A stretch of DNA of 64,000 nucleotides from an uncultured candidate division Zixibacteria bacterium (GTDB taxonomy: Bacteria > Zixibacteria > MSB-5A5 > GN15 > FEB-12). A model generated the notes under the pieces. The model did not search any database, had not been told where the DNA came from, and saw nothing but the letters and a program-made list of their open reading frames with translations. Where the stretch lies: NCBI GenBank assembly GCA_963735035.1, contig CAVTJJ010000003.1, positions 800,001-864,000 of the forward strand, written 5' to 3'. This document shows, in pieces, positions 11,346 to 21,709 of the stretch (positions within the stretch are counted from its first letter, which is position 1; the number at the start of each line of letters is the position of its first letter). The position numbers and the translations under genes are program-made.

Positions 11346-12973
11346 GATCACCGAATCCCTCGAACTTGCTGCTGAACAGTATGGAGAACAACCCGCCCTG
11401 GTTGACCACGTCCGCGTTGTTTCGTGGCGCGAAGTACAATCCGCCGTCACACAACTGGAAACGAACCTGCTCACTCTTGGCGTGCGACCGGGCGATCGTA
11501 TAGCCGTGGTCGAGAACAATAGCATTCAACTCCCCCTTCTGATTCTGGCCAATATCCGACTGGGCACCGTAACAGTGCTGATAAGCCCTCGATTTCCCGA
11601 GACCACACGAAATGCTATGATCAAATCAGTCGGTGGCCGAATCCTGGACGGATGGGACAAAGGCCTGATAAGCATCAACGTTCCGAAGGCTGATGGTGCC
11701 CGGCAGATGTCCACATCTGCCGACTCGAACGGCGCTCTTTGTACCCCACCCAACGGGTGGGATTTGTCGCCCTGGATGCCCCGCCTGAAGCGGGGCAAGA
11801 CAGAGTGTTGGCCCGCTCGTGAAGAATGCCCGGTCCGCCGCGACGAACCCACCTCTGCCGACTCGTTTACGCCTCTACTTGAGAGTGCCCGGCAGATGCC
11901 CACATCTGCCGACTCGGACGACACGCCGGCCACAATCGTCTTCACCTCCGGCAGCACCGGCACACCCAAAGCGGTGTCTGCACTCCATCGGCAATCATTA
12001 CTACAGCGCACTGGGCTCTAACCAGTTGATGCCGGTCGCTCCTGATGATCGCTGGCTGCTCGCCCTGCCGCTATATCATGTCGGTGGCCTGGGGATACTC
12101 TTCCGTTGCCTGCTAGGTGGCGGAGCAGTCGTGTTTGAGAGGCGTGGAATCGATCTGGTAGACCAGATCATTCAGGATCAAATCACGCATCTTGTCGCTC
12201 GTGCCGACTCAGCTTCGTCGGCTGCTGCAACATCCCGACTATCGGTCAACTGTGCTCCTCTCTGAAAGTGATCTTGTTGGGTGGCGGGCCGATTCCACCC
12301 GATCTGCTGCAACAATCGTTAGACGCCGGACTACCGGTTTTCCCGTCCTACGGCTTGACCGAAATGACCTCGCAGGTCGCTACCGCCACACCTCATGACC
12401 CCAATGTCCCCCGCGTGCTGCCATATCGGGAAGTCATGATCGCCGACTGACGGAGCCATATGCGTACGCGGTGAGACGCTCTTCCTCGGATATGTCACTG
12501 CAGACGGAGTCGATCGCCCCCTTGATGCCGACGGCTGGTTTCACACCGGCGATATTGGAAGTATCGACTCAAGGGGATGCCTGCACGTTCTTGGCCGCAG
12601 AGATAACATGTTCATCTCCGGCGGAGAGAATATTCATCCGGAGCAGATCGAAGCAGCACTGGTAGGAATTGAAGGTATTGACGAAGCTGTCATAGTTCCA
12701 ATCGACGATCCAGAGTATGGCCAACGTCCGGTAGCGTTTCTTCGATATCTTCCCGACTTGAACCTGTCGGAAACCGAGTCGGATCTCCCCGAAGAGACAC
12801 GGTTCGGTTTCGACCATCAGTCCTTGTCAACACAACTTGAGAAGACACTCCCCCGGTTTATGCTTCCAGTTGTGTATTATCCCTGGCCGCAGGCGTACAA
12901 GCCGGCGGGAATCAAGCACGATCGACCGTTCTTCAGAGAACTGGCCGCGCGTCTCCACCGTAACAAACGTTGA
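11338..12973 (+). CDS. menE: o-succinylbenzoate-CoA ligase (several frameshifts; in-frame palindromic insertion near 11696-11916)
   Basis: FTSGSTGTPK, LPLYHVGG, SLVPTQL, SYGLTEMTSQ, reconstructed GWFHTGDIG and GRRDNMFISGGENI, YGQRPVA. Confidence 0.9.
11696..11722 (+). repeat. Palindromic repeat family A, GTGCCCGGCAGATGYCCACATCTGCCG; also at 11885, 15632(-), 30173, 31359, 33247, 33452, 38421(-), with variants at 11827, 38064, 38163
   Basis: 27-bp near-identical copies; stem cggcagatg/catctgccg. Confidence 0.9.
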
Positions 12974-12974
12974 A

Positions 12975-13388
12975 TTAGACCGCCTGGTAAATCTGTTCCA
13001 GCGCTTGCTTGAGTGGGGCAGGCAATTCGATCTTCTGGTTGCCGGCCAGTTCGATCATGACATGAACAGTCGAAACCGTCGCCAGATCAGCCCCGTCCGG
13101 ACCCTTCACCAGATACCGAAGTACAAATGAATGTTCGGAGATCTTCGAACAGGTCATCTGTATTGTCAACCGATCACCCACCACTGCGGGTTGCAGATAA
13201 TCGGCTTCAGCATGGACGATCGGGATCAGAATCTTTCTTTCGCGCAACGCCTGGGCGAAACTGATGCCGTTCTTCTCGAGATAGGTCTGATAGGCGTCGT
13301 GGGCGATGCGAAAGTAGTTTCCGAAAAAGACTATTCCGGCTGCATCGGTGTCGTACAGCTTGACGGTCGTTTCGTACTTGAAAGCCAT
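12975..13388 (-). CDS. Hotdog-fold acyl-CoA thioesterase, probable DHNA-CoA hydrolase
   Basis: DTDAAGIVFF motif, PIVHAEADY; convergent with menE. Confidence 0.85.
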   Translation of the reverse strand: MAFKYETTVKLYDTDAAGIVFFGNYFRIAHDAYQTYLEKNGISFAQALRERKILIPIVHAEADYLQPAVVGDRLTIQMTCSKISEHSFVLRYLVKGPDGADLATVSTVHVMIELAGNQKIELPAPLKQALEQIYQAV

Positions 13389-13494
13389 GACCTGTCATCT
13401 CCTGTGTCGTCGCACCTGCCGTTGCGACCGTTGGAAGAAACGGCCGGAAGCCTTTAGCTCCCGGCCGTAGTAATCTACAAAATCAAACCGACTG

Positions 13495-15417
13495 TTACTT
13501 TAGCTGAGCCAGTTCTTTCTCAAGCAAAGTGACGTATTGATCGAGTCGGTCGACAATCGCCTGGAAAGTCTCCGGCTTGCTGAGATCGACACCGGCCTTC
13601 TTGAGCAGTTCCATCGGATAGTCGCTGCTACCTGATTTCAGCAGGGTCATGTAACGATCCAACCCGGCCTTCTGGACTTTCTTGTCCTTCGACGTTATCT
13701 CCGCCGCCAGCTTCGCCGAGGTGGCGTAGCAGGTAGCGTACTTATAGACGTAGAACGGCGTATTGTAGAAGTGCGGTATGCGTGTCCAGACGTAGCGGTA
13801 CTGGTCGTCCACGGTCACGGCATCACCGTAATACTCCTTCTGAAGCGTTCCATACAGAGCGGCGATTGACTCAGCCGTCATCGGTTGACCCTGCTCGACA
13901 GCTTCATGCATCCGCATTTCGAAATCGGCCCACATCGACTGCGTATAGAACGTCTGATCGATGCTGTTGATGGCGCGCGTGAGAAGGGCGATGCGTTCCA
14001 CCGGGTCCTTCGTCTTGGTCAGCATGTAATCCAGCAGCAGCGCTTCGTTCATGGTCGAGGCAACTTCGGCGACAAAGATGGTCGGCTGCGAAGTGCTGAA
14101 CGGCTGCGTCTCGCTCGACAGCATGCTGTGCATGCAGTGACCGAGTTCGTGCGCCATCGTGTACATGTTATCCACGGATTCATTGTAGTTCATCAACAGG
14201 AACGGGTGGACACCATAAGTGGATGCTGAGAAGGCGCCGGTCCGCTTGCCGTCGTTCTCGTATACGTCGATCCAGCGACTATCGAAGGCGGTGCGAAGGC
14301 GAGCCTGATAGTCCTTGCCTAACGGCGCCATCGCCTGAATTATCGGTGCCTGGATGCTATCGTAGGGGTATTTCTTGTCAAAGTCGACGATGGGAATCAT
14401 ACCGTCATACAGGTGATATTCAGTCAATCCGAGTCTCGCTTTGACGAGCTTATAGTAGCGTTGAAGCGGTCCGACGCCACCCTTGACGGTGTTGACCAGA
14501 TTCTTATAGACGTCGGGCGGCACGTTGTCGCCGTTCAGGTAAGATTCGAGGCAAGTGGGGTAGTTGCGCGCCTGGGCCGATGCCCAGTCACTCTGAAGAA
14601 CGCCGTTGTAGATGGCGGCGTAGGTGTTACGATTGTCCACGTACACGCCGTAGAAACCCTCGAACGCCTTAGCGCGATCCGCCTGGTTTCGGTTGGAGGA
14701 GAGTATACTGTAATAGGAGCCTGGCGTAAGTTTGACCGATTTCCCGTCCGACAGAGTAGTCGTGGGATATTTAATGTCGGCCGTGGACAGTTTCCCGAAA
14801 ATAGTCCCCGGAGCGCCATTTACCTGCGAGAAATACGAGAGTAATTGCTCTTTGTCTTCGCTGAGAACGTGGGCCTGTTGACGATACAGGTCTTCGATAC
14901 CCAACCGATACGGTTTCAATTCGGGTGTGGTATCGAGCCAGCCCTTCATGGTCTCCCACGGAATAGCGAGCAATTCCGGATTATACCAGGCGGTAGCGAT
15001 CCCGAACTTGGCGAAGGCAATCTGGACCTGCTGAATCCGGCCGGACGCGGAATTATCCCTCGTATCCTGGGCGCTGTTAAGGCTGGCGTACTGGTAGACC
15101 TTATAGGCCAGCATACCCAATTCATCACTCACTTTGCTGGCTTTCAGAATCGCCTGCGGTCCACCGGCGAGCGATCCTTTTAGCGCCGCATACTCATCCA
15201 TCAACTGTTGCAGCCGGGTTAGTCCCTGCTCCCAGGCGGTCCAGTCGGTGTAGATCTGGCTCAGGTCCCACTTGTATTTGTCGGGGATCGAGTCCCGGTT
15301 CAGTGTGTTCGGTCCGGCCTGGGCCATACCTGCCGCGAGCGCCAGGACCAGTGTCAGCGTCATACCCAGCGCTGACAATCTGCGCGTTAACTGTGTCACG
15401 TTAAGAGCTCCTTTCAT
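13495..15417 (-). CDS. pepF: Oligoendopeptidase F (M3B), with signal peptide
   Basis: KYKWDL, AHELGH (HExxH), IFVAEVAST, RIPHFY..FYVYKYAT. Confidence 0.93.
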   Translation of the reverse strand: MKGALNVTQLTRRLSALGMTLTLVLALAAGMAQAGPNTLNRDSIPDKYKWDLSQIYTDWTAWEQGLTRLQQLMDEYAALKGSLAGGPQAILKASKVSDELGMLAYKVYQYASLNSAQDTRDNSASGRIQQVQIAFAKFGIATAWYNPELLAIPWETMKGWLDTTPELKPYRLGIEDLYRQQAHVLSEDKEQLLSYFSQVNGAPGTIFGKLSTADIKYPTTTLSDGKSVKLTPGSYYSILSSNRNQADRAKAFEGFYGVYVDNRNTYAAIYNGVLQSDWASAQARNYPTCLESYLNGDNVPPDVYKNLVNTVKGGVGPLQRYYKLVKARLGLTEYHLYDGMIPIVDFDKKYPYDSIQAPIIQAMAPLGKDYQARLRTAFDSRWIDVYENDGKRTGAFSASTYGVHPFLLMNYNESVDNMYTMAHELGHCMHSMLSSETQPFSTSQPTIFVAEVASTMNEALLLDYMLTKTKDPVERIALLTRAINSIDQTFYTQSMWADFEMRMHEAVEQGQPMTAESIAALYGTLQKEYYGDAVTVDDQYRYVWTRIPHFYNTPFYVYKYATCYATSAKLAAEITSKDKKVQKAGLDRYMTLLKSGSSDYPMELLKKAGVDLSKPETFQAIVDRLDQYVTLLEKELAQLK

Positions 15418-15449
15418 CAGTGCAACCCTGTTGTTTCTTCAAGGCCCTA

Positions 15450-15478
15450 AAGGTAGCAGCCGCAGCAACCGATGTCAA
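15450..15478 (-). promoter_or_regulatory. Sigma70-like promoter of pepF
   Basis: TTGACA-N17-TACCTT on the minus strand. Confidence 0.6.
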
Positions 15479-15551
15479 CTGGCTTGGAGAGAGAAGCTTC
15501 GGACGCAGGTGCTCGGCCCTATTCGAGCCTGCAGCAGCGGCTGCCTTGCTA

Positions 15552-15709
15552 GTCATTGCGAGCTAAGATGGCCCGCCGTCAAGCGGGACTTCGTAGCGCG
15601 GCAATCTCAATTCGGCGACATCGATACGAGCCGGCAGATGTGGGCATCTGCCGGGCACTTAGTAACATTTGAGATCGCCACGGCCGCCGGGGGCGGCCTC
15701 GCGATGACA
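15552..15709. repeat. Composite palindromic element GTCATTGCGAG...GCAATCTC / GAGATCGCC...CTCGCGATGAC with a nested family A copy
   Basis: Inverted termini gtcattgcgag / ctcgcgatgac. Confidence 0.7.
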
Positions 15710-15770
15710 GCTTCGGGCGTCTTTCAACACTCCCAATCGCGCTAAAAGTCCCCTGCCTTGTGAAAGTAGA

Positions 15771-18380
15771 TTAGTTCTTAGGAGGCGTTTCGACTGTGGG
15801 GGTGAGCGGAACCATCAGAAAATCAACATTTTCCACCGGCTGACCACCCGCCATAGGCTTGATATCGAATTCAATCGATTCCGGCTGTGACTTGTACCCG
15901 CCGCGCGCCAACTGATCCGGATCGAGATAGGCCCGATAAGAACCAGGCAGCAGTCCCAAGTAATAGTAGGCGCCGTCGTTGAACGTAGTGATCTCGGTCA
16001 AAACGTCCTTGGAGATATTGAGCACCATGACTTTGATGGCCCCAACTCCGGCCTGACCCTGGCCGACCAGGCGCTTGACCGATCCACTGATTTCACTGGC
16101 CGCCACAATCGGCACTTCGATTTCAGTCACAACACTCGGATTCAGCGTCACTTTGTAGTTTTCGTTACTGGGTTTGAGGGTCGGATCATCCAGACTGTAC
16201 GGATCAATCTGCACCAGGTACTCATCGTACGGCCGCATGCGGTCATAATAGTAAGTCCGGTCGTCGCCGTGCGGCTCGCCCGACACGCCGGAAATCTTGG
16301 CTTTCAGCCCAGGGATGGTTTCCTCGTTCTTATCCTTTTGTCCGTTGAAATTCTCATCGAGGAACGGCCTGACTACCGCCGAACCGTATCCCACCGCTCG
16401 CCGGCGATCGAACAGGAAACGTGTCTTGTGCTGGTCAAATCGGATCGACCCCTGTTGGAGTTGCGACATGGCTACGCGACCTCCGGACACCTGCGTGCGC
16501 GACGAACAGTCCAGAAAACTGGTGAAGAAATGAAGGGTCACTAGAAAAGTGCTGTTTCTGGCTACCGGGTTATTCTCGTACGAAATCGACATTTGCGAAG
16601 AGCGCCAGAGCCTCTTTGCGAGCGAAACGCCGTACCTCGTGATCTCGCCGGTGCTGTGATCGTAATCGAATCGAAATTGGGGCCGGAAGAGACGATGAAA
16701 CTCAACCGATCCCATGATCTTGCTGGACAATGTGCTCGAAAGCTGCTCGCCGACCGAGCCCTTCTTCTGCTGCCACTGACCCACGTAGTTGAAGTGGAGC
16801 AGGCTTATATCGGAATTGAAGCCGAAAGTCATACTGGTCAGTGAGAAGAGTTTGTACTCGTCGTGGGCGACGTTATAGCGCAGACCCAGATACCGTCCGA
16901 ATAATCTTAGAGGACTGGAAAGTGACAACTGCCAGCGGAGTTTCTGCCCGATGGCGTTCGTGAAGACATTGTCCTCGTATGCTGAGATGTGAGCGCTGGC
17001 CGATATCACCGACGGCCACGCATAGTTGGCGTCAAATGACATATTGTTCGACGGCGAGACGTTGGCGGCGAAAGTCAGGTTGGTTGCCGGTTGAATCGTG
17101 GTCTCAATAGAGTAGATCGGCTTTTCGTTCTTTAACGGTGATAGCGGAACGTCCGCTTCCATGCCGGCCGTCAGCCGCGACAAGAGCCCGTAGTACACGC
17201 TAGTCTGGGAGAATGATCTTCCTTCATCCTCTCCCCGTCCAGCGCCGCCGGTTATTGCATACTCTACTTCACCTTTGGGAATCAGGTTGAACGGAATGCG
17301 ATAGTGCTGTTCCTCGACCTGTATTTCGCCGTTGGGACCGTACAATTTGACTTCTACGTTAGACGCGCCGTAGTAGACATCGACATTGAAATCATACTTG
17401 CCGGATGCGTCTACTTCCTGATAATCTACGAGGCGGTTGTCGACATAGAGTTCCGCTTCCCATCCGGGACCCGGCTGTCCGGTCAGACGAACGGTTTGGA
17501 AATATTTGCGTCGAACCTGCGGTCGATTCGTGACCGTCGCCCCGGTAACGCTTCGCGCCACCGGGCCGGTCATGCTTATTCGTCCCAGTGATCCCTGGGA
17601 AATATATTTGTTATTGTCGAAGCAATAGTGCCAGAGGTAATTCAGGCGGCTTTGGTCGAAACCGGTCCGGCTGCTACCTCCCGCCGTGACGGCTAGATCG
17701 CCACCAAGCACCATACTGCCCAGATCGAAATCGAAATACTGTGCGCCGCCTCCGACCGGAGCCGTGGACAATCGCCAGTCGAGCGCCCCGCCCGCGATAT
17801 AATCCTTGGAACGCGACATCATGAGAACGTCACGAAGGGCTGCCTGCTTCTCAACCAGTTGCGTACGCTCTTTGTGGCGCTTGAGCTTTTGGTAAGCCGG
17901 GAAAGCCTCGTCCAACGGCAAGAGCACCCGCAGCATCGAGAAGTCGAACTTCATGTACAGTCCGAACAACTCACCGTACAGATTGACTTTCAAGTAGAGA
18001 TCGCGACCGTCATAGTAGTAGTCCGAGTGCAATAGATCCCGTTCCACCCCGGGGGCTTTGACATGGAACCGGGTCAGGTCGATCAGGAATTTTTCATCTG
18101 TACTGGCCAAGTTACCGGAAATCCGCTCGTTGGGCAGATCCGGCTTAACATTCATATTCAGGAGCGCGAAAACTTCCAGCAACGGCACGTACACGGTTTC
18201 ACCGTCGTACTGCACGAAAATATCCTGCTTGAGCAATTGGGGGATTTCGAAGCCTACGACGATTTCCTCGCGCATCGGTTCCTGAGCGAATCCCGACCCA
18301 CACAGAATGAACCCCGTCAGCCCGGCGATCAAGAGCCGCCGACCACCGGAAGCCTTTATCTGTGTGACGTGACGATCCAT
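15771..18380 (-). CDS. Usher-like outer-membrane protein
   Basis: 869 aa, signal peptide, ELYVDNRLV..G.Y.F..V.YG...V.VKLYGPNGE usher-like segment, amphipathic beta strands, C-terminal Ig/SdrD_B-like domains (PFLDENFNG.KD..E; GAYYYLGLLPGSY); downstream of chaperone and subunits. Confidence 0.75.
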   Translation of the reverse strand: MDRHVTQIKASGGRRLLIAGLTGFILCGSGFAQEPMREEIVVGFEIPQLLKQDIFVQYDGETVYVPLLEVFALLNMNVKPDLPNERISGNLASTDEKFLIDLTRFHVKAPGVERDLLHSDYYYDGRDLYLKVNLYGELFGLYMKFDFSMLRVLLPLDEAFPAYQKLKRHKERTQLVEKQAALRDVLMMSRSKDYIAGGALDWRLSTAPVGGGAQYFDFDLGSMVLGGDLAVTAGGSSRTGFDQSRLNYLWHYCFDNNKYISQGSLGRISMTGPVARSVTGATVTNRPQVRRKYFQTVRLTGQPGPGWEAELYVDNRLVDYQEVDASGKYDFNVDVYYGASNVEVKLYGPNGEIQVEEQHYRIPFNLIPKGEVEYAITGGAGRGEDEGRSFSQTSVYYGLLSRLTAGMEADVPLSPLKNEKPIYSIETTIQPATNLTFAANVSPSNNMSFDANYAWPSVISASAHISAYEDNVFTNAIGQKLRWQLSLSSPLRLFGRYLGLRYNVAHDEYKLFSLTSMTFGFNSDISLLHFNYVGQWQQKKGSVGEQLSSTLSSKIMGSVEFHRLFRPQFRFDYDHSTGEITRYGVSLAKRLWRSSQMSISYENNPVARNSTFLVTLHFFTSFLDCSSRTQVSGGRVAMSQLQQGSIRFDQHKTRFLFDRRRAVGYGSAVVRPFLDENFNGQKDKNEETIPGLKAKISGVSGEPHGDDRTYYYDRMRPYDEYLVQIDPYSLDDPTLKPSNENYKVTLNPSVVTEIEVPIVAASEISGSVKRLVGQGQAGVGAIKVMVLNISKDVLTEITTFNDGAYYYLGLLPGSYRAYLDPDQLARGGYKSQPESIEFDIKPMAGGQPVENVDFLMVPLTPTVETPPKN

Positions 18381-18413
18381 CGTCTGGTTCCTGTGCTCCG
18401 TCCGTTGTCCCGG

Positions 18414-19293
18414 CTATTCGACTGTCGCCGTGAAAGTCAGATCATTGCCATAAAGCATATCTGCCGAGGCGATATCAGTTCGCCCTTTTCCGGTGATTTC
18501 CATGTTCACTTTGAAGGGTTTGGCGAAATTTCCTTCAGGTATGGGTATGAGGACCCGGCGACGGAGCTCCCGATAGACGGCCAATTGCACTCCGCGTGCG
18601 GCCACTTCCTTGCCTTGAGCGTCTACCACATGACAATTCAGCATGCCGACATAGGAGGCATTGCCAACATTCTTGGTATCCACGACCACTTCCACCTGGC
18701 CATCGACAATCCGCGCCTGGGTCGGGCCCACTTCGAGGGAGCAGAAGACTTCCCCGCGTCGGTACTTGAGCATGATAGCGGTTTGCATGACCATGTTGAG
18801 CCGGGTGCTTATCTGGCCTTCACCACCTGCCTTGGGAACGTTGGGATCGGCCTCTTGCGATTTGATTACCACCCGCGCCCAATACTCACCATCGGCCAAT
18901 TCCCTGGGCGGGTTGGCCACAAATCTTATGACCTGAGAGGCGTTGGGCGGAAGGATCAATCGGCGCGGAAACGCCTTTACCCAATCCAGACAGGCGTTCG
19001 GGTCCGTGACGGCGGAATCCTGGAGTCGCACCGAGACATCGCCGAGGCTGTCATTGACAGGAATTCCGAAACTGAAGTAGACCGTTACTTCCTCGGGTTT
19101 GTCACCGATGTTCTGGATGGTTATGCGGCTGGTGCGGGCGGCGTCGGAGAGAAAGACCACCGTCGGTGCAACCAGCACGCCACCGAAGAGATTGGCGGCT
19201 AGAGAGCGCCAGGGCCACAAACAAGAAACCGCCGACACGTTTCCACGCGCCTGCGAAGTTCACCGCCGCATTGATTCTGACTGACTGCATCAT
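18414..19293 (-). CDS. Periplasmic fimbrial chaperone (PapD-like); frameshift near 19200 separates the signal peptide
   Basis: GVLVAPTVVF, ITIQN, FPRRLILPPNASQVIRF, LADGEYW, KNVGNAS; the N-terminus lies in ORF 19102..19299. Confidence 0.85.
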
Positions 19294-19411
19294 GTTCACT
19301 ATCCTATGTCCTGAAACTGAATCGTTTCTGTCCAGAACCGGCCGTCCTGGCCGGTTCCAAACAGAACGTTATTTCATGACAGCCCTCGCTGTCAACAAAA
19401 CGGTGCGACGA

Positions 19412-19978
19412 CTATACCCCGGTGTAGGCCACCGTCAATATAATGTCGGCCTCGTAGTTTCCGGCCTTCTGATCTACCGACGGAGTCACTCCGCCGCCCA
19501 GATAGATGTTGGTGCCGCCGCTACCGACCGTCGTTGCGGTCGAGATGTTGTGCGGATCCTGGTCGGCCCAGCCATCGGTGGCTACAAACCCGGTCGGGTC
19601 AGCGCCGGCGGTGGTGTCGATGTTGCAGTCGGTCGTGCTGAATCCGATCACCATCCGGTCGTCGCCGTTACCTGACGCCGCATCGGTCGCGAGGTAGTCG
19701 GGCAACTGCATGTAGATGGCGATGTTGGCGTCCGGTTCTCCCACGATGAGGAACTCTCCAGCGGCAGCATCGGTCTTAGCGACCGATTTGGCCACACCCT
19801 GGTAGACGTTACCGAAGGCCAACGCGTTCGTCGCTGTTACGGTCAGCGCGATCACCAGCGTAGCCGTCGCCGAGCCGGTGGCCACGTCCTGTGCAGCCAC
19901 GTTCGCGCTCGTGAAGGCGACTAGAGCAGCCACAGTGATCAGCACACTCCGTAGCGTCGTCCTTGATTGTCTGCGCAT
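19412..19978 (-). CDS. DUF4402-like pilin subunit (putative major pilin 2)
   Basis: Signal peptide, mature QDVATGSATA, LAFG, IYLGG.V.P, C-terminal GNYEADIILTVAYTGV. Confidence 0.8.
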   Translation of the reverse strand: MRRQSRTTLRSVLITVAALVAFTSANVAAQDVATGSATATLVIALTVTATNALAFGNVYQGVAKSVAKTDAAAGEFLIVGEPDANIAIYMQLPDYLATDAASGNGDDRMVIGFSTTDCNIDTTAGADPTGFVATDGWADQDPHNISTATTVGSGGTNIYLGGGVTPSVDQKAGNYEADIILTVAYTGV

Positions 19979-20068
19979 TACTCTCTCCTTACTGTGCGGG
20001 AGAAACCGAGTTCTCCCTTCCTGTATGTTGGTATGCTCTGTGTATTTCTGTTGCATATTTGTCGATTA

Positions 20069-20641
20069 TCAACTGCCCGTATAGGCGACGGTCAGAATTA
20101 TGTCCGCCTCGTAGGTTCCGGCCTTCTGATCCACCGAAGGCTGTACCGTACCGCCCAGATAGATGTTTGTCCCGCCACTGCCCACGGTCGTGGCGTTGGT
20201 AATAGTGTGCGGGTCCTGGTCGCCCCAACCGTCGGTCGCCACAAACCCGGTCGGGTCTCCGGCTCCGGTGGTGTCCACGTTCGCATCGGTGGTGCTGAAC
20301 GAAATCACCATCCGGTCGTCGCCGCTTCCTGAGGCGGCGTCGGTCGCCAGATAGTCGGGCAACTGCAGGTAGACTGCGATGATGGCGTCCGGCTCACCGG
20401 TAATTGTAAATTCACCGGCAGTCGCGGCTGTCTTGGCGATCGTCTTGGGAACCCCCTGGTAGACGCTACCAAAGGCCAGCGGCGCCGTCGCGGTAACCGA
20501 GAGGACCGTCAACACCGTCGCGGTGGCCTGACCAACCGCCACGTCCTGCGAAGAGGCCGTTGTCGGGAGCAGCATCGCCGCCGCTATCAGACCGACTCCG
20601 ATTAGCCTCAGTCCCCTAAACATTCCCTGTTTAGTTTTCAT
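20069..20641 (-). CDS. DUF4402-like pilin subunit (putative major pilin 1)
   Basis: Close paralogue of the previous gene; QDVAVGQATA...GTYEADIILTVAYTGS. Confidence 0.8.
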   Translation of the reverse strand: MKTKQGMFRGLRLIGVGLIAAAMLLPTTASSQDVAVGQATATVLTVLSVTATAPLAFGSVYQGVPKTIAKTAATAGEFTITGEPDAIIAVYLQLPDYLATDAASGSGDDRMVISFSTTDANVDTTGAGDPTGFVATDGWGDQDPHTITNATTVGSGGTNIYLGGTVQPSVDQKAGTYEADIILTVAYTGS

Positions 20642-20713
20642 ACGCATTGACCTCAATGTTCAGTCCGTAAACAGAATCCTTAACTGATTCGTGTTCTGCA
20701 TTTCGTATCTGTT

Positions 20714-20740
20714 TAATCGGTCACCAGTTCAGATTCTTTA
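20714..20740 (-). promoter_or_regulatory. Sigma28 (FliA)-like promoter
   Basis: TAAA-N15-ACCGATTA vs consensus TAAA-N15-GCCGATAA. Confidence 0.6.
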
Positions 20741-20918
20741 CAGGCCCGAACTAGTTTTTTTCGCAATCTGCAACGCTTACACACACCTTTTTGGCCTTCC
20801 TGGGGTAGGCGCACCCTATAGAATCGTTTCATCGGGGTATTAGACTGGAATGGGCAAAAATTGGCGCCGTGCCGCCATTACATAGAGAATAGAGAGGGGT
20901 TGATCGGGTGGATAAGGC

Positions 20919-20946
20919 AAAAAAATAGGAGGGTATAACCCTCCTA
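20919..20946 (-). terminator. Rho-independent terminator after the upstream subunit genes
   Basis: taggaggg-N5-ccctccta followed by T7 on the minus strand. Confidence 0.8.
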
Positions 20947-20970
20947 ACTTATTGCGGGACAATTTCGTGA

Positions 20971-21531
20971 CTAGGTGCCGGTGTAGGCGACATTACAGAT
21001 AATGTCACCGGAATAGGCCCCTGAGGTCTGATCGACCGATGGAACCACACGACCACCCAGGTAGATATTAGTTTGACCGCCCTGACCAACCACCAGGACG
21101 TTCGGCAGGTTGTTCGGGTCGACATCGACCCAGCCGTCGGCGAGTGTGACTGTAGACGGAGACAGACTCATAGTATCAATTGTGCAGTCGGTAGTGCGAA
21201 AAGCGATGGTCATACGATCCGACCCATCGGCCAAAGCAATGTACTGCGGTAAAGTCATATAAATAGAAATTCCGGCCGAGCCCGCTCCGCCTATGGCAAA
21301 AATGCCTGATAGGGCATCGTCAGTCTGATCCTGGATCTTCGCGATTCCCTGGTAGACATTCTGAAAATCAAGAGGTTGGACTGCAATCACGCTCAGGGCC
21401 GCCAGTACGTTCGCCAGGGCTTGCCCGGTCGCGACGTCTTGTCCCTGGACAGTACCTGACATGACTGCGATCAGAATGGTCGCCAACACGGCGATCCAGC
21501 GAACCGGCCTGGCATTTTGTCTCAATTCCAT
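20971..21531 (-). CDS. DUF4402-like pilin subunit
   Basis: QDVATGQALA, TNIYLGGRVVP, GAYSGDIICNVAYTGT. Confidence 0.8.
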   Translation of the reverse strand: MELRQNARPVRWIAVLATILIAVMSGTVQGQDVATGQALANVLAALSVIAVQPLDFQNVYQGIAKIQDQTDDALSGIFAIGGAGSAGISIYMTLPQYIALADGSDRMTIAFRTTDCTIDTMSLSPSTVTLADGWVDVDPNNLPNVLVVGQGGQTNIYLGGRVVPSVDQTSGAYSGDIICNVAYTGT

Positions 21532-21709
21532 AGACTATTCCCTGACAATCTCTATTGTCCAGCTCACGATTGTTTAAGGCGAATACACTCGCGCCTGCTT
21601 GTATCATCGCCATACAGGCAGTCAAATAGCGTCTTCCGGCCTCAATTCGCCCCCTCGGACACGAACAATGATTGCGGCCTGCACAGGTGATTTCAGGCTG
21701 AAACGGTCT

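Noticed and set aside
12448..12450. TGA in menE as selenocysteine or readthrough
   Set aside because: The downstream sequence is in another frame; explained by a 1-nt insertion
4567..12610. Pseudogenisation of the men cluster
   Set aside because: The breaks I could reconstruct are repaired by one base, often an extra T (gtg[t]cac, ctg[t]cag, gac[t]gac), with catalytic motifs intact. The same pattern hits unrelated genes (about 19200, 25130, 30040). Sequencing error is more likely; raw reads would decide.
18063..19202. Long antisense ORFs (also 8502..9383, 45859..46929, 53489..54331, 63544..63993)
   Set aside because: Shadows of well-supported opposite-strand genes in GC-rich DNA
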